Shown here in pieces: positions 19,448-25,155 of a stretch of 64,000 nucleotides of DNA. Both the position numbers and the translations under genes were made by a program. Source of the stretch: a virus. The stretch spans positions 224,001 through 288,000 of the IMG/VR virus record IMGVR_UViG_3300031992_000005; one strand, 5' to 3'. A model generated the notes under the pieces. It searched no databases, was not told the origin of the DNA, and worked only from the letters and a program-made list of their open reading frames with translations. The stretch's first letter is position 1, and each line of letters starts with the position of its first letter.

Positions 19448-19893
19448 AGTTGCGTACGTATTTGGAAGAATATAGTACCCATGTTTATTTAAGATTTCCC
19501 ACATTCAAGTTATACCATCGTTACGTTATTGAGCACAACGACGGATATCATATAGCACAAAACTCGGTGGTGTGGAGAAACCATATAATAGTAGAACAAA
19601 ATTTATATCTATTTCTAGGTGTAAAACCGTATCACGACTATAGACCAATTAAATTACAAACACGAAGACAAGTATATAATATGTTGGGACAAATATTTCA
19701 GCCTGGATTTGTTGGTCTTAGAAAAAATAATGATCACTTAGAAAAGGATTACTTTGTAAAAATAACCCTACCTGAAGAAAAAAGAAATGAAGTAGTGAAA
19801 TCACTAGTACAGAATCTTGTGCGTAATAATATTAATACTACTGCTATAGAGCAATTTAAGGAATTGCTTAAATTAAATGGTATACTTATATGA
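19438..19893 (+). CDS. paralog family member 9/12
   Basis: HVYLRFPTFKLYHRY, NLYLFLGVKPY, QTRRQVYNML, FKELLKLNGILI. Confidence 0.7.
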   Translation: MQVELRTYLEEYSTHVYLRFPTFKLYHRYVIEHNDGYHIAQNSVVWRNHIIVEQNLYLFLGVKPYHDYRPIKLQTRRQVYNMLGQIFQPGFVGLRKNNDHLEKDYFVKITLPEEKRNEVVKSLVQNLVRNNINTTAIEQFKELLKLNGILI

Positions 19894-20384
19894 AAGAAGA
19901 TATTGTAGCTAAGTTAGTTATATCTAAAGGAACTTTTTCATACTGTTTAGCAGTTAATGATATAATCGTCCCAAAAGGATGTTTTGGTAATATGCTATTC
20001 TGTGTTTATAATGATGATGAAGAAAGATTCCGTAGTCTCTCTCCCGAGTTCTCAGGGAAATTACAAGGAACAGCCCATTTACGCCTGGGAACTATAAAAG
20101 AGAGATGTAAGTATATAACTAAACGGTCATTATTTAATATAATAAAGACCTCTCCATATATACACTCCCGTTTCTTTGTTAGTAATATGCAGGTAGCAAG
20201 TTTTCAAACTATATCACTAACTGAAACTGAATTATTAGACTTAGGTTCAATTCTTTTGGGGAAAATGAGAAACCATGTTACAGAGTATTATACTCCGAAT
20301 TATGAAGCTATATTTATAGCAAACGGGATATTTAAGAAAGAAGTATTTACTCCAATAACACCATATTGGAATTATGGCAGCTAG
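19890..20384 (+). CDS. paralog family member 10/12
   Basis: YCLAVNDIIVPKGCF, AHLRLGTIKE, ITKRSLFNIIKTS, YEAIFIANGIFKK. Confidence 0.7.
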   Translation: MKEDIVAKLVISKGTFSYCLAVNDIIVPKGCFGNMLFCVYNDDEERFRSLSPEFSGKLQGTAHLRLGTIKERCKYITKRSLFNIIKTSPYIHSRFFVSNMQVASFQTISLTETELLDLGSILLGKMRNHVTEYYTPNYEAIFIANGIFKKEVFTPITPYWNYGS

Positions 20385-20865
20385 GTTAGTGTTGATTAGG
20401 TATATTGAAGATGCTATTGACTATTACCTAATGTTAGATAAAATAACTATTCCTAATTCAGCTTTAGCGACATCCGGTATTAACTTAGTTGGTTCAAATG
20501 AAGAATGGTACCTATATTTAAAAGATAATGCAGTCAATGAAATACGGAAAACGACTACTGTATTTCTTTGTCGAAGTTATAGAAATATATATAAATATAC
20601 TACTAAACGCCTTTTTTATAAGTGGCTTAGAACGACTGGCTTATATAACATAAACTCAGAACCAATATTCTATGCTCACCTAAATCATTACCAGGAAGAG
20701 ATCTTTCAATCAATCCCCCTAACAAAAACAGAACTAGAAACAATCGGAACCCTGTTTTTGGAAAGACTTTTAGATAAAACTAGGTGTTACTATACCTCGG
20801 AATTTAATGAACGAAAAGAAAAGTATGAAATACTTTTTAAAGCAAATGGGATGTATAAAAAATGA
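20374..20865 (+). CDS. paralog family member 11/12
   Basis: DYYLMLDKITIPNSAL, TTKRLFYKWLRTT, YEILFKANGMYKK. Confidence 0.7.
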   Translation: MAARLVLIRYIEDAIDYYLMLDKITIPNSALATSGINLVGSNEEWYLYLKDNAVNEIRKTTTVFLCRSYRNIYKYTTKRLFYKWLRTTGLYNINSEPIFYAHLNHYQEEIFQSIPLTKTELETIGTLFLERLLDKTRCYYTSEFNERKEKYEILFKANGMYKK

Positions 20866-21359
20866 GCGCTACTTTATTTATAGTTAAACATCCGGGTCCT
20901 CGCTCCATCTTTAATTATATTATACTGTTTGATGAAATCATTATACCAGAGGATGAGCTGGTCCGGGAGTGTATCATGATTTATGATAAACAGAATGACG
21001 CATATAAATGGCTAGCTGAGGAAACTCGTCCAGGAAAATATAAGGGAAATATTGCATTAAATATAGGTCGTGGACCAAGTAGAACTAAATTTCTGACTAA
21101 AAATATAGTTTTTAATTGGTTAAAGACTAGCAATCAGCTTAATAATTTTCCAAGATTCCTGATCAGATTAGATAAGGATTTTTGTTATTCATGGGAATAT
21201 ATATTTCAAACTATACCTTTGACAGGGGATGATCTTATTAAGATCGGAACTCGCCTTATTGATTATCCTCCTTACGAAGATATTAATAGGTATCGTTCTA
21301 CAGAATCATATAGAATTCTTTTCTCAGCAAACGGTTTATTTCCTCCCATAAATCCCTAA
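20862..21359 (+). CDS. paralog family member 12/12
   Basis: NYIILFDEIIIPEDEL, IALNIGRGPS, LTKNIVFNWLKTS, YRILFSANGLFPP. Confidence 0.7.
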   Translation: MSATLFIVKHPGPRSIFNYIILFDEIIIPEDELVRECIMIYDKQNDAYKWLAEETRPGKYKGNIALNIGRGPSRTKFLTKNIVFNWLKTSNQLNNFPRFLIRLDKDFCYSWEYIFQTIPLTGDDLIKIGTRLIDYPPYEDINRYRSTESYRILFSANGLFPPINP

Positions 21360-21365
21360 TTCCTT

Positions 21366-23597
21366 ATGAATGTGTGTAAAATTAATGATAAAATGACAAA
21401 AAAGGAAAAAGTTATCAAATTATCGAGAGCCTTAGAACAACTTAAACAAGAGTTCGTAGGACTCGATTCTATTATTGATGAAATAGGAAAAAGTATTTCA
21501 ATCTGGTATATCACACCAGAACTCCTAACAAGACCTGCAGTTGTATCTCTTTGGGGAATGACAGGTACAGGAAAAAGCAGTGTGGTTAGGAGATTGATAG
21601 AGATACTAGATCTGAGGGGAACTTCTGCATTTCTCGATTGTGGAGAATACCTAGCTGAAGGAAAGAATATGGCTTCAGACCTATGTGATATGCTTAGCAT
21701 CTCAGAAGAATCTCTAGACTCTAAGGTAGATATACCAACGGATACCATAATAGCACTTGATGAATTTCAGTATGCTAGAACACTAAATGAAGCCGGAGAA
21801 GAGGTAACTAAAGCAACTCTCCGACCAATTTGGAGTTTGATTGATACTGGAATAATTTCAATCAATGAGTATTATTCTTGGGGATTCTCTAATGCTTCTG
21901 CCTTTATAGATGATTTTTCTATGTTTGTAAAAATGAAACCTGATGCAAAGATAGAGAAGAATTGTCTTACACAAAAAGAAGATGTAAGAATTCTGCTTGA
22001 GACATTAGGCCTTATCTACTATAATAATAGATACCTACAAACTATAAAGGACGGAACAGCTAACTCTGAGGTAGCGAAGTTAATCGAGGGTATGGATCTC
22101 GAAGAGGAAAAGCCTATATCATCTATGGAAGATGAACTCCTGGGCAATAACAATGCAGATAAGGATGATCCGTATCGGCCAATAAATGTTCTCTTAGATG
22201 AACATATTAGGTCTATTATCAAGAGACTCACAAACTGTAAGAGAACAGATCTTGCAAAAGAATTACTGACTTGTAGTTTTACTGCTGAAGAGTATCTTGA
22301 AAAACTTCAAGCAATAAAGAAATTAATATCAGTTCCTAGAGAGCTTAATCTTAGTAAGTCATTAATATTTATTATCGGAAACTTGGATGAAGCTTTTGGA
22401 ATTCAGGGAAAAACAAATCCTGACTTTGATGCTGATGTTTTTAATGAAATAACTAATGAAGTCAGTATTCAAGATATAAAATCTGCACTGAAGGATAGAT
22501 TTAGAGCAGAACAAATTGCTAGACTTGGCAATAATCTCATTAAATACCCAACACTACGAAGAGAGCATTTCCAGATCATTATTGAAAGAGAAGTGAACAG
22601 ACTGGTTAATGAATTTATGAGAATATCTCCAGGAATGATAAATTCAATAGAGATTGATCAAAAATTCTACGAACTTCTCTATTCAGAGGGTGTTTATCCT
22701 GTTCAGGGAGTTAGACCTGTATTTACAACAATAAATTCAATGATAACTCCAATCTTCAGTACAATCTTAATTGAAAAAGAAGATGAAGAAAAGGATATAA
22801 CAATAAGTGTTAAAGAAGATTTGTTTAATGTAGATAAGGTAACTATCTCCGTTAAGTTCTCTGGGAAACAGGATAGGGTTGTAGAATTTCCTTTAGCCTT
22901 ACAATTAGGATCACTTAGAAATCCTAAGAATAGAAATACTAGATTTGCAGCAGGTATCCACGAAGCAGGTCATGCAGTAGTATTCTCTTATCTAACAGGA
23001 GAACTACCTAAAGTGATTAACGCCATCTCCGTAGATGGTGGAGGATTCTGTACAACATATAGGAAAGATAAGGTTAGAAATAGAGAAGATGTGGACAATG
23101 ATGTAATGATAAGTATGGCTGGATTCTTGTCTGAATCACACTTCTTTAGCCAAAGTAAAATCCTATTAGGTAGTAAGTCTGATATTAATCAGTATTGGGA
23201 TTATTTCAAGACTGCTGTAGGGAAATGTGGATACTTCGAACCTGTACCATTTACCTTATATGAAGCTGATTCTTCTAGTGAGATACCGGATGGTGGTTTT
23301 GATATTACAAAGACACATGTACGATATTTTAATGGCCATGAAACTACTAGTGAATTATTGACAGTAGAACAAGCCATGATTAGAAGAATACAGGATCTAC
23401 AGAGAGATACTGAAGCCATAATAGCAAAAGAGGAAAGACTTATTAAGGAAGTTGGTATTAGATTAGGTGAAAAGGGAATTATTAGACCCGATGAATTCCT
23501 AAGCTTAGTGAAGGAATTTGGAGTAGGGATAGATATTTCAACAAAAAAGAAAGAAATGTCTAATAACTACTACGAAAATAAATTGAAAGGTCTATGA
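21366..23597 (+). CDS. P-loop ATPase fused to FtsH-like (peptidase M41-like) zinc metalloprotease domain
   Basis: Walker A WGMTGTGKSSVV and Walker B IIALDEFQ in the N-terminal half. The C-terminal AAGIHEAGHAVVFSYL (HEAGHA as in FtsH), then ISVDGGG, MAGFLSE and GSKSDINQ, parallels FtsH IIPRG / GGRAAE / GASNDI. No transmembrane segment seen. Confidence 0.7.
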   Translation: MNVCKINDKMTKKEKVIKLSRALEQLKQEFVGLDSIIDEIGKSISIWYITPELLTRPAVVSLWGMTGTGKSSVVRRLIEILDLRGTSAFLDCGEYLAEGKNMASDLCDMLSISEESLDSKVDIPTDTIIALDEFQYARTLNEAGEEVTKATLRPIWSLIDTGIISINEYYSWGFSNASAFIDDFSMFVKMKPDAKIEKNCLTQKEDVRILLETLGLIYYNNRYLQTIKDGTANSEVAKLIEGMDLEEEKPISSMEDELLGNNNADKDDPYRPINVLLDEHIRSIIKRLTNCKRTDLAKELLTCSFTAEEYLEKLQAIKKLISVPRELNLSKSLIFIIGNLDEAFGIQGKTNPDFDADVFNEITNEVSIQDIKSALKDRFRAEQIARLGNNLIKYPTLRREHFQIIIEREVNRLVNEFMRISPGMINSIEIDQKFYELLYSEGVYPVQGVRPVFTTINSMITPIFSTILIEKEDEEKDITISVKEDLFNVDKVTISVKFSGKQDRVVEFPLALQLGSLRNPKNRNTRFAAGIHEAGHAVVFSYLTGELPKVINAISVDGGGFCTTYRKDKVRNREDVDNDVMISMAGFLSESHFFSQSKILLGSKSDINQYWDYFKTAVGKCGYFEPVPFTLYEADSSSEIPDGGFDITKTHVRYFNGHETTSELLTVEQAMIRRIQDLQRDTEAIIAKEERLIKEVGIRLGEKGIIRPDEFLSLVKEFGVGIDISTKKKEMSNNYYENKLKGL

Positions 23598-23608
23598 AAA
23601 TCTCAAAA

Positions 23609-23737
23609 GGCCTTAAAACCTTATATGTAGAGAAGCAAAACAAAAGATAATTTCCCGCTCTCTATATATTCAACGAGAGCTCCCTAAAATAAAGAATGAG
23701 TTTACAATACATTAGGGAGCTTTCTCTTTTTTTTTTC
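23609..23737 (+). ncRNA. cassette 0: promoter-like box, double hairpin, T-run (candidate short transcript)
   Basis: Box ggccttaaaaccttatatgtag (23609-23630). Hairpins gctctc/gagagc, and gagagctccctaa (23675-23687) with ttagggagctttctc (23712-23726), followed by T10. Confidence 0.3.
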
Positions 23738-23743
23738 TAAAAA

Positions 23744-23842
23744 CCCCTTAATGCCTTATATATGATTAGTAAACGCTTTATGACAAAACAACATCAGTCA
23801 ATAGGAGATCACCTGTGATAGGCATATCTCCTATTTTTTTTT
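23744..23842 (+). ncRNA. cassette 1: box CCCCTTAATGCCTTATATATG, variable AT-rich segment, conserved hairpin, T-run
   Basis: Box at 23744-23764. Hairpin ggagatcacctgtgataggcatatctcc at 23804-23831, followed by tattttttttt. Confidence 0.35.
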
Positions 23843-23845
23843 CAT

Positions 23846-23943
23846 CCCCTTAATGCCTTATATATGTAAATTTTCCATATTAAAATTGTTATTTGTTAAT
23901 AGGGAAGGGATCGGTCCGTGAGGGATAGATCCCTAATTTTTTT
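23846..23943 (+). ncRNA. cassette 2: same architecture
   Basis: Identical box at 23846-23866. Hairpin gggatcggtccgtgagggatagatccc at 23907-23933, then a T-run. Confidence 0.35.
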
Positions 23944-23945
23944 AT

Positions 23946-24046
23946 CCCTTTAAACCCTTATATATATAAGATACTCATAATAGATTTGTTTAAGGTTAAA
24001 AATTTTTTGGAGGATCGCCTGTGATAGGTATATCCTCTTTTTTTTT
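23946..24046 (+). ncRNA. cassette 3: same architecture
   Basis: Box ccctttaaacccttatatatat at 23946-23967. Hairpin ggaggatcgcctgtgataggtatatcctc at 24009-24037, then T9. Confidence 0.35.
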
Positions 24047-24049
24047 ATA

Positions 24050-24143
24050 CCCCTTAAATGCCTTATATATGTTAATAAATCAGTTATTTTTATTATATTA
24101 GTTAAACAAGGGGTCAGTCCGTGATGGATAGACCCTTTTTTTT
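24050..24143 (+). ncRNA. cassette 4: same architecture
   Basis: Box ccccttaaatgccttatatatg at 24050-24071. Hairpin ggggtcagtccgtgatggatagaccc at 24110-24135, then T8. Confidence 0.35.
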
Positions 24144-24146
24144 ATT

Positions 24147-24234
24147 CCTCTTAAATCCTTATTAAGGAATACTCTCATTTTTAAGTTTAGTTATTAGGGG
24201 ATTAGTCCGGGATGGATAGATCTCCTATTTTTTT
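24147..24234 (+). ncRNA. cassette 5: degenerate box, conserved hairpin, T-run
   Basis: Box cctcttaaatccttattaagg at 24147-24167. Hairpin ggggattagtccgggatggatagatctcc at 24197-24225, then a T-run. Confidence 0.3.
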
Positions 24235-24317
24235 ATTCACTATGTCACATGTTAGTAATTTAGTTTGACGAGAGAGGTCAGAGTCTGAGATAGATATAGG
24301 CCTCTTATTTTTTTTTG
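24235..24317 (+). ncRNA. cassette 6: no clear box, diverged hairpin, long T-run
   Basis: Hairpin gagaggtcagagtctgagatagatataggcctc at 24272-24305, followed by ttattttttttt. Confidence 0.25.
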
Positions 24318-24428
24318 GTTTTTACTATATAAGTATCAGTAGTATCCTATTTCCATAAAAATATTAGGTAAATGCGAATAATTCCCGATAAATAGACAGT
24401 TCTAGACAATAGAAGTATAATGAAATTA

Positions 24429-24461
24429 GCTTTTTGCCAAAAAAGCCGTTGAGAGATCTCT
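24429..24461. repeat. left arm of a 33-bp inverted repeat
   Basis: gctttttgccaaaaaagccgttgagagatctct. Its reverse complement matches 25052-25083 with few mismatches. It contains its own hairpin (gcttttt/aaaaagc) and the palindrome agagatctct. Confidence 0.8.
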
Positions 24462-24463
24462 AG

Positions 24464-24625
24464 AAAATATATATTATATGTTTTAAGATTTTTAGCCAAA
24501 AAAATAATATAAAATTGGAAAATTCTATTGAATATTTAATAGAATTAACCATAGAAATATTATAAAATTTCTATATTTTTTATTTTTCAAAAATCGATAG
24601 CCATAAAAATATATTAAAAATATTA
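24464..24625 (+). repeat. direct repeat copy 1 (~160 bp, approximate ends) with three AGCCA[TA]A-type boxes
   Basis: Aligns with 24869-25033 at an offset of about 405-408 bp. Shared strings are ttttaagatttttagcc, (a/c)ccatagaaata and atcgatagccataaaaata. Boxes at about 24494, 24549 and 24599. Confidence 0.7.
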
Positions 24626-24652
24626 TAAAAATTATAATATAAGCATTCCATA

Positions 24653-24827
24653 GGGATCTCTCCTTTCAGTCAAGATCCACTCCAGCTAAAGCTGGGGAGT
24701 ACTAATTGAAAGAGATTAGAATTTCTTCAAGTTCTTAGAGAGAAAAAATATATAATATCTTCTCTTAGTAATTCCCAGGAATCCCAAAGGGATTTCTGAA
24801 CTGGATGCCGACTGAAAGGAGGTATCC
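24653..24827 (+). other. structured core between the direct repeats (candidate ncRNA or origin dyad)
   Basis: A perfect 12-bp long-range pairing, ctcctttcagtc (24660-24671) with gactgaaaggag (24810-24821), extended by ggat/atcc. Internal hairpins are actccagc-taaa-gctggggagt, agagaa..ttctct and aatccc-aaa-gggatt. Confidence 0.45.
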
Positions 24828-24868
24828 GTTGTATGTATGATATATTTAATATAAAATCAATAAAAGCT

Positions 24869-25033
24869 AAAAATATATTATATATAGTTTTAAGATTTTT
24901 AGCCATAAGAATGAATAGGAATTGAAGAAATTTACCGTATATTTGTATATTTCAGCCATAGAAATAAATAGAAATTACTATGTTTTTTATATCTTAAAAA
25001 ATCGATAGCCATAAAAATAAATAGATTTTATTA
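24869..25033 (+). repeat. direct repeat copy 2 with three AGCCATA-type boxes
   Basis: See copy 1. Boxes are tagccataagaatg (about 24901), cagccatagaaata (about 24954) and tagccataaaaata (about 25008). Confidence 0.7.
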
Positions 25034-25051
25034 ATAGTTTTCAATATCTCC

Positions 25052-25083
25052 AGAGATCTCTGAACGGCTTTTTTTCAAAAAGC
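25052..25083. repeat. right arm of the inverted repeat
   Basis: agagatctctgaacggctttttttcaaaaagc is the near-perfect reverse complement of 24429-24461. Confidence 0.8.
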
Positions 25084-25111
25084 AGTATTTTTGGAGTTCA
25101 TGGGAAGTATA

Positions 25112-25128
25112 TCCCTTAATTATATAAT
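25112..25128 (+). promoter_or_regulatory. box-like motif TCCCTTAATTATATAAT upstream of gene 25156
   Basis: Resembles the cassette box CCCCTTAATGCCTTATATATG. It lies 28 nt upstream of the ATG, consistent with the box being a promoter element. Confidence 0.35.
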
Positions 25129-25155
25129 ACTTCAATAAAAATTAATTTAATAGTT

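Larger units (their letters stand above)
15587..21359 (+). repeat. tandem array of 12 paralogous genes (147-179 aa each)
   Basis: All members are co-oriented with 4-26 nt stop/start overlaps. Shared blocks are an N-terminal hydrophobic strand followed by [KI][IL]P, a central LYLxIG, T[KR]Rxx[FY]N, and a C-terminal E.[IL]F.[LA]NG. Confidence 0.8.

Noticed and set aside
23606-24317. Possible CRISPR array, since hairpin-forming repeats recur about every 100 bp
   Set aside because: The repeats are degenerate rather than identical and the spacing is irregular (75-103 bp). Each repeat is followed by a T-run and preceded by a promoter-like box. No cas genes are present.
24429-25083. Miniature inverted-repeat transposable element or retron-type msr/msd locus
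   Set aside because: I could not identify target-site duplications flanking the inverted arms, and there is no transposase or reverse transcriptase in the window. The internal direct repeats with evenly spaced boxes fit an origin or regulatory module better. A mobile origin cannot be fully excluded.
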